Assembly (NCBI GenBank): GCA_963668695.2 | Contig: CAXXLQ010000004.1 | Span: 2,528,001 to 2,592,000, forward strand | DNA length: 64,000 nucleotides | Direction of reading: 5' to 3' | DNA from: Vicinamibacteria bacterium | GTDB lineage: Bacteria; Acidobacteriota; Vicinamibacteria; Marinacidobacterales; Marinacidobacteraceae | Shown here: positions 19,721 to 29,550 of the stretch, one piece after another | Layout of the letters: every line of letters starts with the position of its first letter | Position numbering within the stretch: the first letter of the stretch is position 1 | Translations under genes and position numbers: made by a program | The notes under the pieces: generated by a model | Database searches by the model: none | Seen by the model: only the letters and a program-made list of their open reading frames with translations | Told to the model about the DNA's origin: nothing

Positions 19721-20914
19721 CTACCCCGCTCTGGCTTCCGGCACCATCGCCGTGGCCGGCTCGTCCACCTCCTCCCGGACGGCGTCGTCCCCAGCCCCTA
19801 CGGGGTGGACGCCATCGCCATCCGCGGTTGTCCGCAGCAGTGCGTCTCCGAACGGATCCGGCGCTTGCGGGACAACCTCCATGTCGTGCGTTGCGGTCGC
19901 GACCGCTTCGGGAAACCAACTGTCCCGCGTTCCCTGGTGAATCACGCTCGCCCTGGCGGCCTCCCGGGTGAGAAATACCGCGAACTCGTGCGGGCCGCCG
20001 CTGCGCCAACGCCGCACGGTTTCGGGGAGCGCCATTGGGTGTTCCATCGCTCGATCACCGATCACACAGCCTGGCCGGTAGGTGCGGAGGGCGTTTCCGA
20101 AGACGCTGTATTTCCGCCCGACGCGGTCGGTCAGCGCGTACGTCATGGGACCGGTCAGAACGGCCACGTGGGCAAGCCCGACCGTCCGGTGCGCGAGATC
20201 CCACGCATCCAGCGGGGCCGATTCCGGATTCGTTTCCTGGGGACCCAGTCCGATGCCGAAAACCGGGCGGGTCCGATGCCCGCTCCCGATGAGGTGGATC
20301 AGCCCCTCCACGCCTTCCTCGTTCTGGATGATCCACGGGGCCGGCAGCAGACGCCAGCCGTAGTCCGACAGTCCTGGGGAACGGGTCAGCCAGCGCACGA
20401 TCCCGGGTACCCACAGCGGGGCCGTCCGTTGGCGAAGGTGGCGCTGGGGCGCAAGGAGCGTGGCGCGGAGGTAGCTCGTCGATCCCGAACGGAAGAGGAT
20501 GACGACCGCCTTCCAGGCGGCCAGTCCGGCGTTGGCGCCTGCCTCGAGCGACACGCCGAAATAGCGACTCGCCCCCGCTTCCCGGTCGACGGCTCGTACG
20601 ATGGCGCCAGCCGATCGATGTTGCTCGACATGCAGTCTTTGTCCGTCCGGACGGGAAACCCCGTCGAATGCGGGGGGCAGGGGGCCCACATGCGCCTCCA
20701 GCCAGCGAAGAACCTGATCCCGGGATCGGTCGAACTCGCCGCCCTTCCCGTCCGCCGCGATTTCGGCGGATACCGCCACCGCGGGCCGGAGTTCCGAGCC
20801 GCTCGCGAAAGTGTCCGGCAGCCGCGCCCGGCGGACGCGGGGAGTCTCGATGGCATTCGGATCGAGCCCGGCTTGGTTCCGGGCGGGATCAGGAACGGGC
20901 AGAGAAACGGGCAT
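19721..20914 (-). CDS. Hypothetical protein (accessory islet)
   Basis: 397-aa ORF with GGAG SD; globular-looking core LAHRTVGLAHV...SVFGNALRTYRPG...HP. Confidence 0.75.
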   Translation of the reverse strand: MPVSLPVPDPARNQAGLDPNAIETPRVRRARLPDTFASGSELRPAVAVSAEIAADGKGGEFDRSRDQVLRWLEAHVGPLPPAFDGVSRPDGQRLHVEQHRSAGAIVRAVDREAGASRYFGVSLEAGANAGLAAWKAVVILFRSGSTSYLRATLLAPQRHLRQRTAPLWVPGIVRWLTRSPGLSDYGWRLLPAPWIIQNEEGVEGLIHLIGSGHRTRPVFGIGLGPQETNPESAPLDAWDLAHRTVGLAHVAVLTGPMTYALTDRVGRKYSVFGNALRTYRPGCVIGDRAMEHPMALPETVRRWRSGGPHEFAVFLTREAARASVIHQGTRDSWFPEAVATATHDMEVVPQAPDPFGDALLRTTADGDGVHPVGAGDDAVREEVDEPATAMVPEARAG

Positions 20915-20985
20915 GATGGCTCCTGGGAGAACGGGATGGGGCTCTGGACGAACCGGGTTGTGGTGCGAAAGCGGGAGGTCCTGCG

Positions 20986-21633
20986 TTGAGCGTGCGGATC
21001 GCGGGCGGATCGCTCGCCGGCCGCGTGTTGACCGGGCCGCCGCGTCCCGGGGGGCGACGGGGCACCGCTCCGGACGGAGCCCGGCCGACGGCCGCAAGAC
21101 TCAGGAAGAGCCTCTTCACGGTGCTGTCCGACGAATTGGTCGGGGCTCGAGTGCTCGATATCTGCGCCGGGGTGGGAACGCTCGGCTTCGAGGCGATCTC
21201 CCGGGGCGCTCGTGAGTGCGTGTTCGTGGAACGTTCCCCGCGGATGGCCCGGCTGGTCGAACGAAATGCCGAGCGCCTTGCCGTGGACACCTTCAAGCTG
21301 GTGGTGGCGGATGCGCTTCGCGAACTGCGACGGCTCCGCCGCGCCGGGAGGGGATTCGACGTGGCCTTCCTGGATCCTCCGTGGGAAAGCTGGGAGGCAG
21401 GAACCGGCGTACAGCTGCTCGCCGAGGCCATCGGCCTCGCGCCGCTGGTGGTGGCGGAGCACCGTTGTTCGTGGGTGCCTCCGCTTAGGGTGGCCGCTGG
21501 CGCAGATGACGAGTCGAACCCGGCGATGCCTGCGCCCGCAGGACTGAAGACCCGCACCACGACCGCCGGAGATGGAGCGTTCTCGCTGTACCGGCGGGAG
21601 GGGGCGGCTGAAGAACGGCGCACAATTTCCTAG
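20986..21633 (+). CDS. rsmD: 16S rRNA m2G966 methyltransferase
   Basis: VRIAGG, RPTAARLRKSLF, LDICAGVGTLGFEAISRGA, FLDPPW; precedes coaD. Confidence 0.9.
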   Translation: MSVRIAGGSLAGRVLTGPPRPGGRRGTAPDGARPTAARLRKSLFTVLSDELVGARVLDICAGVGTLGFEAISRGARECVFVERSPRMARLVERNAERLAVDTFKLVVADALRELRRLRRAGRGFDVAFLDPPWESWEAGTGVQLLAEAIGLAPLVVAEHRCSWVPPLRVAAGADDESNPAMPAPAGLKTRTTTAGDGAFSLYRREGAAEERRTIS

Positions 21634-21915
21634 ACGAAACTGCGCCGGGTTTTTTCCCATCCGGCGGCCGAATTCGGCCCGAATGTGGAAAAGTCGTGCT
21701 CGGTGCGCGGGAAAGAGCCGCGGGGATGGTCCGCCGAGCCCGTTTGGAGCGCCGCCGGGCCCGTTCAGAGCGTCACCGATGAGGGCCACGCTCCGGGAAG
21801 TCAGCCGGCCGCGGAGCCGCTATTCCCCGGAACCGCTATTCCCCGGAACCTGACCGTATGTTAGGTTTCGCGCGCGTCTCACGGACCGGCGCTGCCCTTG
21901 GAAAGAACCTCCCGC

Positions 21916-22413
21916 ATGGCCATCTGCCCGGGTTCTTTCGACCCTCTCACCCTGGGGCACGTGGACATCATCCGACGCGCCGCCCGGCAGTTCGACCGGG
22001 TCGTCGTCGCGGTGCTCCACAACACCGGGAAGGCGCCGCTCTTCACGGTTCCGGAGCGCCTTGAGTTCATTCGAGCGACCTTTGCGGACGATGCCGGGGT
22101 GGAAGCGGACGCCTTCTCGGGGCTGCTCGTGGCCTATGCCCGCCGTCGCGGCGCGGGCGCCATCGTGCGCGGGATCCGGGCCGTCTCCGATTTCGAGTAC
22201 GAGTTCCAGATGGCGCTCATGAACCGCCGGCTGGCGCCTGAAGTCGAGACGGTCTTCCTGACTCCGGCGGAGGAGTATTCCTACGTCAGTTCGAGGCTGA
22301 TCAAGGAGATCACGGCGCTCTCCGGCGATGTCAGCGGTCTCGTTCCGGACGCGGTGGCGCGCCGTCTTGCCGAGAAGTTCGCTTCCTCCTCCGAATCCGC
22401 CGAAACCGAGTGA
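21916..22413 (+). CDS. coaD: Phosphopantetheine adenylyltransferase
   Basis: PGSFDPLTLGH, RGIRAVSDFEYEFQMALMN, SSRLIKE. Confidence 0.97.
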   Translation: MAICPGSFDPLTLGHVDIIRRAARQFDRVVVAVLHNTGKAPLFTVPERLEFIRATFADDAGVEADAFSGLLVAYARRRGAGAIVRGIRAVSDFEYEFQMALMNRRLAPEVETVFLTPAEEYSYVSSRLIKEITALSGDVSGLVPDAVARRLAEKFASSSESAETE

Positions 22414-22432
22414 CCGGCCCAGAGAGATCCTC

Positions 22433-23620
22433 ATGACCGATTCAGGAATCCATCTCGCCCAGCGCGTCGCCGCGATCTCGCCTTCGCCCACGATGGCGGT
22501 GATGGCGGAGGCGATGCGCCTGCGCGCCGCCGGAGAGAACGTGGTGGACTTCTCGGCGGGACAGCCCGACTTCGACACGCCGTCGGTGGCGCGAGAGGCG
22601 GGGATCCACGCCATCGAGTCGGGCTACACCCGCTATACCGCGAACCCCGGCGCTCCCGATCTCCGGGCCGCGGTGGCCGACTGCTACCGCCGCGACTTCG
22701 ATCTGGACTTCGGAGCGGGGAACGTCCTGATCACCTCCGGAGGCAAGCACGCCCTCACCGGGCTCCTGCTCGCCACCTGTGAAGAAGGGGATGAAGTCGT
22801 CATCCCCACGCCCTACTGGCCGACCTTCCCCGAGCAGGTCAAGATCGTCGGCGCGGATCCGGTCTTCGCTCGGGCCGGGGAAGACACGTGGTTTCGGCCC
22901 ACCCGGGCCGTGATCGAGGCGGGTGTGACCGACCGCACCCGGGCCATCATCCTGAACATCCCGGGAAACCCCTCCGGGGTGGTGCTCTCGCCCCGTGAGC
23001 TGGAAGACGTGGCGCAACTGGCCCTCGAGGCCGACGCCTACCTCCTCTGGGACGACACCTACGCCCGGCTGACGTTCGAGCCCTCGCCGGAAGGGGCCTA
23101 CCGCCGGATGCAGGACATCCTGGGGCACCGGTTCCTGGTGGCCGGCGGGGCTTCCAAGACCTACGCGATGACGGGATGGCGGCTCGGCTGGGCGATCGGT
23201 CCGGAGCCGGTCATCAAGGGCGCGGCTTCACTGCAGAGCCAGATGACCTCGAACGCCAGCTCCATCTCCCAGAAGGCGGCGCTCGCCGCGGTGACGGCGG
23301 ACCCGGCCGGCTTCGCGTGGATGACCGAGGAGTTCGCACGCCGGATGGTGCGGATGCGGGACGGGTTGCTTGCGATCGAGGGGGTCCGCTGCGGTGCGCC
23401 CGACGGGGGCTTCTACCTCTTCCCGAACTTCGAGGCGGTGCTCAAGCCGGGTGAGGGGTCGGGGTCGCTTGCTGCGGCGCTCTTGGACGAGGAGCGGGTC
23501 GCCACCGTGCCGGGGGTGGCGTTTGGCCACGACACGCACCTGCGGCTCAGCTACGCCACTTCCGACGACGTGATCGACGAGGGCCTGGGGCGGATCCAGC
23601 GGTTTTTTGCTGCGCGCTGA
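22433..23620 (+). CDS. PLP-dependent class I aminotransferase (aspartate aminotransferase-like)
   Basis: GQPDFDTP, NIPGNPSG, DDTY, SKTYAMTGWRLG, PGVAFG, RLSYA. Confidence 0.93.
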   Translation: MTDSGIHLAQRVAAISPSPTMAVMAEAMRLRAAGENVVDFSAGQPDFDTPSVAREAGIHAIESGYTRYTANPGAPDLRAAVADCYRRDFDLDFGAGNVLITSGGKHALTGLLLATCEEGDEVVIPTPYWPTFPEQVKIVGADPVFARAGEDTWFRPTRAVIEAGVTDRTRAIILNIPGNPSGVVLSPRELEDVAQLALEADAYLLWDDTYARLTFEPSPEGAYRRMQDILGHRFLVAGGASKTYAMTGWRLGWAIGPEPVIKGAASLQSQMTSNASSISQKAALAAVTADPAGFAWMTEEFARRMVRMRDGLLAIEGVRCGAPDGGFYLFPNFEAVLKPGEGSGSLAAALLDEERVATVPGVAFGHDTHLRLSYATSDDVIDEGLGRIQRFFAAR

Positions 23621-23683
23621 GGCTTGTCAGCCGGAAGCCGAGTCACGCTTTCGGAAGATCTGCGAGAGATAGCCTGAGACTCA

Positions 23684-24265
23684 GTGTTGTTGGGAGACTT
23701 CGATAGCGCTGTTCTGGCGGCGGCGATCGGTCTACTTGGCGTGGTAATCGGAACGATCGTGGGCCACCTTCTGAACTCAAAGACAGCGATTTCTGTTGCG
23801 CGCGAAACAGCAAAGATCAACCAACAAAACGAAATCGACCGTCGGGTGTGGGATTTGCGACGGGTGGGCTACTCGGTCGTACTCGCAACCTTGGGTGAGG
23901 TGTCCGACTAGGCGGATCGGCTGGATGACGGATTCCACGGCCCCTTGGCGAATTCCGAGGCCTTCTTCCAGAGCGACGCGTGCCGGACATACAACGAGCG
24001 AATGGGGGCCACCTGGGCCAAGTGCAGGGCGGAATTCGGTAAGAACCGGTTGATCTTCTCCAAGCGCTTCAACAGGGCTTTTGGGGAGTTGGAGCGTTCC
24101 TTGCCGCATGAATACGAAGCTCTCAACGAATCGCCAGACGACCTGGCAGCCATTCATGCGAAGTGCTTTCGGGACGCGCACGCTGATCTCTCACAAATAG
24201 CCCTGGAGGACTTTGGCCTGACCTCAGAGGAGGAGCCAGCTACCAAGAATTCTGTGCGCGCGTAG
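23684..24265 (+). pseudogene. Membrane-anchored hypothetical protein with an internal amber stop (23909-23911)
   Basis: Two same-frame ORFs separated by one TAG; N-terminal TM helix; lower GC than flanks. Confidence 0.6.
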
Positions 24266-24375
24266 ATCGCCGGGTGGGAGAGCAATCGGGCCGGCAATGG
24301 TTCTGGCCGCCCTCGCCCATATGCGTCGTAGAGATCTGCTCTCGGCGGGTTCGTTGCTACGGCGTTCCTATCCCC

Positions 24376-25518
24376 CTAGTTCGAGGGCGGCCACTTTTCC
24401 GGGTTGGTCCGATACGCCTGCCGGGGACTCCGCGGGCTGTCCGGGAACTGGAGTTCCAGTAGACCCGCATCCACCATCGGGCCGAGGTGGCGATGCACCA
24501 GGCTCCGCTGGTGCATCGAGAACCAGCGCGCGAGTTCCTTGGCGGTGGTCCAATCGCGGAGCCGGCAGATGTCCAGGATGAGCGGATGGAGCACCTCCCG
24601 CGACGGGCGCTCGCTGAGTGCCAGGACGGGGCGGTGCAGCACCCTGGGCAGGCCCTTGAGGCGGTCTTCAGGGTTGTCGTGCGGGGCTGGGTTTGGCGCT
24701 GGTTGGGGCGCCGGGTCCACGGACGGCGGTTGGCGGTCGGTTGGTGGGCGCGGGGAAGGCACTGGGTCGGGGGCTGGTGCGGGCTGGTGCGACGAGGGCT
24801 TGGGCGCTTGCTCCGCCGCGGCGTCGTCGGGGGCGGCCCGCGCGTGGGGAGGTTCCGACGGGGCTTCGCCTGGCTCGTCGCCGTGACCGGCAGCCGGGTC
24901 GTTTCGGCGCGGCGCTGGGACAGGCGGCGCTTCACCGGGGATGATTTCGGGGAGGCGCTTCGGCGGTGGCCGCGGGAGGAGTCGCCCATCCGGTGCGGGT
25001 GCATCGTCCGGGACGTCGTCTGGCTCGTCCGATTCGCGGAGTTTGAATTGGGTCGGCCGGTCGGCCTGGAACATTCCGGCCAGGCCGCCCAGGACGGAAA
25101 GGGCTGTCTCCCCGAGATTGGCCAGCGCCGTAATCCGGCCGCCAAAGCGCTGGGCGTCGGCGCCCGCTTTACGGATCTTCGCTTCCGTCTCCCCGCGCTT
25201 GCCGTCGGGATGGCGGAACGCCCTGGCGGCCGCCGAGGCTCTGACGCCGATCTTGCGGATGCCCTGGCCGGCCTTGGCCGCCACCTGCACGGCAGGCTTT
25301 GCTGCTTCGACGACGCGGCCGATCCATGCCGCTCCCGGCCTCGCGTTCTTTTTCGTGAAGTCCCAAGCGTTGGCGAGGCCCGAGAGTAGAAGGCGAACCC
25401 AGTCCAGAGCGCCTCGCAGCCGAGGACGTGGTTTCCGAAGCCAGGCGCGAATGGCTTCGAGTCCAGGCGGTGGCTCTTCCGGCCGCTGGAAGAGAAAGGG
25501 GCGGTTGGAATCCGGCAT
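24376..25518 (-). CDS. Hypothetical protein with C-terminal winged-HTH (Fic-C-terminal-like)
   Basis: ILDICRLRDWTTAKELARWF...HLGPMVDAGLLELQFPDSPRSPRQAYRT matches the wHTH tail seen on Fic and RecG-C/AlbA regulators. Confidence 0.75.
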   Translation of the reverse strand: MPDSNRPFLFQRPEEPPPGLEAIRAWLRKPRPRLRGALDWVRLLLSGLANAWDFTKKNARPGAAWIGRVVEAAKPAVQVAAKAGQGIRKIGVRASAAARAFRHPDGKRGETEAKIRKAGADAQRFGGRITALANLGETALSVLGGLAGMFQADRPTQFKLRESDEPDDVPDDAPAPDGRLLPRPPPKRLPEIIPGEAPPVPAPRRNDPAAGHGDEPGEAPSEPPHARAAPDDAAAEQAPKPSSHQPAPAPDPVPSPRPPTDRQPPSVDPAPQPAPNPAPHDNPEDRLKGLPRVLHRPVLALSERPSREVLHPLILDICRLRDWTTAKELARWFSMHQRSLVHRHLGPMVDAGLLELQFPDSPRSPRQAYRTNPEKWPPSN

Positions 25519-25696
25519 TGCGAAGCTCGTCGACAGTGCGGGCGAACGTATTCGCCGGGAAGCCGGAATGGTTCGTGAAATCGGGCCGTACTGAAGCGAT
25601 TCGGAGGTGTAAGAACTGAGTTACTACGCCCGCAACTTCCGAACGTAATGGGGCGGCTGCCGATACCCGGTCATGATCGCGGGGCCGGATGGGAGC

Positions 25697-27872
25697 AACA
25701 TTTCGCATTACCCGGGTCTGGCCGGGGAACATGTCGCAGTAGCGGGATCGGCTGGAGGGGCACATGTCGCAACAATTCGGATCTGCCGGGAGAACATGTC
25801 GCACTAGTTGGACCGGCTGGATCGGAACATGTCGCAATAGCGGCATCTGCCGGGGAACATGTCGCAGTAGCCGGATCCGCCGGTGAAACATGTCGCACTA
25901 GTTGGATCGGCTGGATCGGAACATGTCGCAATAGCGGCATCTGCCGGGGAACATGTCGCAGTAGCGGGGCCGGCTGGAGCCGAACATGTCGCAGTAGCCG
26001 GATCTTCCGGGGGAACATGTCGCACTAGTTGGACCGGCTGGATCGGAACATGTCGCAATAGCGGCATCTGCCCGGGGAACATGTCGCACTAGTTGGATCG
26101 GCTGGATCGGAACATGTCGCAATAGCCGGATCCCGGGCTCACGCGGGCGGTCACCCCTCTCCCCGCCCGAGGGCTCGTTTCGGCTCGAGCACTATCAGTG
26201 CGTAAAAGTAGGTGTCTCCCAAGTGCGTAAAAGTTGGTGTCTCTTGACAGCTCTGGTTGGATCGGCTGGAGGCGAACATGTCGCAGTAGCCGGATCTTCC
26301 GGGGAACATGTCGCTCTAGTTGGATCGGAACATGTCGCACTAGCCGATGCTGCCCGTGGAACATGTCGCTGTAGCGGGATCGGCTGGGGTCGAACATGTC
26401 GCAGTAGCCGGATCTGGCGGGGAACATGTCGCAGTAGCGGGATCGGTTGGAGCCCTACATGTCGCACTAGCCGGTTCTGCCCGGAGAACATGTCGCACTA
26501 GCGGGATCGGCTGGATCGGAACATGTCGCTTTAGCGGGATCTGCCGGAGGAACATGTCGCAGTAGCGGGATCGGTTGGAGCCGAACATGTCGCACTAGCC
26601 GGATCTGCCCGGGGAACATGTCGCTCTAACGGGATCGGTTGGAGCCGAACATGTCGCAATAGCCGGATCTGCCGGGGGAACATGTCGCACTAGCGGGATC
26701 TGCCGGTGGAACATGTCGCAGTAGCGGGATCGGTTGGAGGAACATGTCGCACTAGCCGGATCTGCCGGGGAACATGTCGCACTAGCGGGATCTGCCGGTG
26801 GAACATGTCGCAGTAGCGGGATCGGTTGGAGCCGAACATGTCGCACTAGCCGGATCTGCCGGGGGAACATGTCGCTCTAGCGGGATCGGTTGGAGCCGAA
26901 CATGTCGCACTAGCCGGATCTGCCGGGGGAACATGTCGCAGTAGCGGGATCGGTTGGAGCCGAACATGTCGCACTAGCCGGATCTGCCGGGGAACATGTC
27001 GCAGTAGCGGGATCGGCTGGGGCCGAACATGTCGCACTAGCCGGATCTGCCGGGGGAACATGTCGCAGTAGCGGGATCGGCTGGGGCCGAACATGTCGCA
27101 CTAGCCGGATCTGCCGGGGGAACATGTCGCAGTAGCGGGATCGGTTGGAGCCGAACATGTCGCACTAGCCGGATCTGCCGGGGGAACATGTCGCAGTAGC
27201 GGGATCGGCTGGAGCCGAACATGTCGCACTAGCCGGATCTGCCGGGGGAACATGTCGCAGTAGCGGGATCGGCTGGAGGCGAACATGTCGCACTAGCCGG
27301 ATCTGCCGGGGGAACATGTCGCAGTAGCGGGATCGGCTGGAGCCGAACATGTCGCACTAGCCGGATCTGCCGGGGGAACATGTCGCAGTAGCGGGATCGG
27401 CTGGAGTCGAACATGTCGCACTAGCCGGATCTGCCGGGGGAACATGTCGCAGTAGCGGGATCGGCTGGGGTCGAACATGTCGCACTAGCCGGATCTGCCG
27501 GGGGAACATGTCGCACTAGCGGGATCGGCTGGGCCGAACATGTCGCAGTAGCCGGATCTGCCGGGGGAACATGTCGCAGTAGCGGGATCGGTTGGAGCCG
27601 AACATGTCGCACTAGCCGGATCTGCCGGGGGAACATGTCGCTCTAGCGGGATCGGTTGGAGCCGAACATGTCGCACTAGCCGGATCTGCCGGGGAACATG
27701 TCGCAGTAGCGGGATCGGCTGGAGCCGAACATGTCGCTCTAGCCGGATCTGCCGGGGAACATGTCGCAGTAGCGGGATCGGCAGGAGCCGAACATGTCGC
27801 AGTAGCGAGATCGGTTGGAGGCGAACATGTCGCAGTAGCGGGATCGGCCGGGGGAACATGTCGCAGTAGCGG
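25697..27872. repeat. Satellite-like tandem array, ~65 units of 30-33 bp in two blocks (~14 and ~51 units)
   Basis: Core AACATGTCGCnnTAGnnGGATC; alternating 31- and 33-bp units give a 64-bp higher-order repeat. Confidence 0.97.
26197..26249 (-). mobile_element. Solo IS21-like transposon end
   Basis: Minus strand begins TGTCAAGAGACACC and carries two 22-bp direct repeats 25 bp apart. Confidence 0.55.
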
Positions 27873-27953
27873 GGCGGGCTCACCGGGAGCGGCGGTGCGT
27901 ATTTCGCCGCGCTGCGCGCGGCGGTGCGTATTTCGCCGCGCTGCGCGCGGCGG

Positions 27954-28021
27954 TGCCGGTCTGAAGACCGGCGGTCCCGTGCCTACGCGCCACCATGCCG
28001 ACCCGGAGGTCGGCGGTCCCT
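27954..28021. repeat. REP-like palindrome pair; related copies at ~2720, ~4203, ~50626, ~58274, ~61822
   Basis: GCCGGTCTGAAGACCGGCGGTCCC and GCCGACCCGGAGGTCGGCGGTCCC hairpins. Confidence 0.7.
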
Positions 28022-28059
28022 TCCCGGCCGGCCCTATCCGGTTCCGTTCCGGACCCGTC

Positions 28060-29085
28060 TCACGGCTGAAGTTGGCAGTGGCGCGCGCCTGCTGCCCCAC
28101 CGGCTGACCCGAACAGGCCTGGGCACTTCGCTGCGACGGTAGCGAAGATCCGGCGGGCGACCTGGGTGTGTTCCGCCTCCGCCGGATGCATTTCCGCTGA
28201 CCCGTCGTCCCCGGTCACCCTGTCCTCCGTCGGCACGACGATGACCCTTCGGCGATGGGCTAGTTCTTCCGATGTCGCGCGCACGATGACCCCGCCAAAC
28301 CTCTGGGACAGCAACTCCAGGACTGCGTCACGATGCTCTGCCGGGATCTCTTTTTCTCCCAGGACGGCGCGGATATGGGGGCCGAACGCTCCGGCGTTGC
28401 CGGGTGCGGGACTCACCACCACGGTATTCGGCGAAAGGGCGTCGCGGGCATTCAGAATGGCCTGGAAGGCCCGCTCGATTCTCTGGAGCGTACTTTTCAG
28501 CCGCTCCTGGTCGACATAGTCCTGAGGCTCCTTGCCACTGCCCGTCCTGAGCAGCAGCGGGTCCAGGGCATTCTCGCCAGCGAGATCGTTTCCACCACCG
28601 GACAGGAGAACGAAGGTGATATTGCCCCCGGACTTTCTCAGGACGTTTGCCAACTGGTGCTGCATCGCTCCGGAAGGCGTCGCTGCGGCTTCGCTTCCCG
28701 ACGCAACCAGATGCAGGACATTCGTCGGCGTCTCGTTGCGCAGCAGACGTACGAACTCCCGAGTGAGACTCGCGTCCGGAAGCGAGCGCCCGGCGCCTCC
28801 GATCGCAACGACGTTGACCCGATCGCCACACTGCCGGAGCATGGAGACGAACAGATCCGGCGATGCCGTAGCGGCGTCGTCGCAGCCGATGTCGACCGCG
28901 TCGGGTGGGGGCAGGGGCGGTGGTGGCGGTGGAGGCGGCGCCGGTGGGGGCACGGGTGGAGGCGGCGGCGGTTCCTGCGGTGGCGACGGCGGTGGTCGCG
29001 GCCCTCGCAGACATGCGGAAACCGCGAATCCGGACAGGGCCGCCGCCAGCGACAACAACATCAGGGTGGCGATGGCTCTCTTCAC
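28060..29085 (-). CDS. Exported SGNH/GDSL-fold protein with Pro-rich linker
   Basis: GGAGG SD + GTG, signal peptide, LLSGGGNDL block III, EMHP block V. Confidence 0.7.
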   Translation of the reverse strand: MKRAIATLMLLSLAAALSGFAVSACLRGPRPPPSPPQEPPPPPPVPPPAPPPPPPPPLPPPDAVDIGCDDAATASPDLFVSMLRQCGDRVNVVAIGGAGRSLPDASLTREFVRLLRNETPTNVLHLVASGSEAAATPSGAMQHQLANVLRKSGGNITFVLLSGGGNDLAGENALDPLLLRTGSGKEPQDYVDQERLKSTLQRIERAFQAILNARDALSPNTVVVSPAPGNAGAFGPHIRAVLGEKEIPAEHRDAVLELLSQRFGGVIVRATSEELAHRRRVIVVPTEDRVTGDDGSAEMHPAEAEHTQVARRIFATVAAKCPGLFGSAGGAAGARHCQLQP

Positions 29086-29550
29086 AGTTCCTCCGCGGCG
29101 GCCGGCAGCGAGCGACCTGGGACGGTATCGGGGTGTGTTTTTCGAAATCAATGCCCGGCATCCCCTCCGGACGGCCTCCCCAGTGCGGTCAACGCGTTGA
29201 AAAGGCGACCCAATTGTGCCGCATTCGACGCAAAGGTGGGGTTCTGTTTTCTCGGTGGCCTTCGGCCATCGGTGCCGGCCTCCGCCGGGAGGACCGGCGG
29301 GCGGTCCCAGGCCGTCCCCGCGGCCAGCCCGACCGGACACCGGGGTTCCCTTCCTCGTCCGCGCATCCGGTCCATTGCCATAGGGCGTCCGCCGCCATAA
29401 AATTCAATGCAGCCCGGCGGGATGTTTGGCCGCCTCGCCTGTGATGCGGCGGCGCTCCGGCCGGGTCTTTCCGTGCGGCAAACGGCGCGAGGGGGAACCC
29501 GTTGTGGTTCCGCGCACTCTCCCCGGCAACCCCTTTCCCGAAGGAAGTTC

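Noticed and set aside
25697-27872. CRISPR or TIGR-like guide array
   Set aside because: Variable segments are two recurring types rather than unique spacers; the constant part is only ~10-15 bp; no cas or Nop-domain gene is nearby
25648-28100. Many short ORFs across the array (RHVP/ATCS/CDMF repeats)
   Set aside because: Products of a 64-bp period that cycles through frames with recurrent stops
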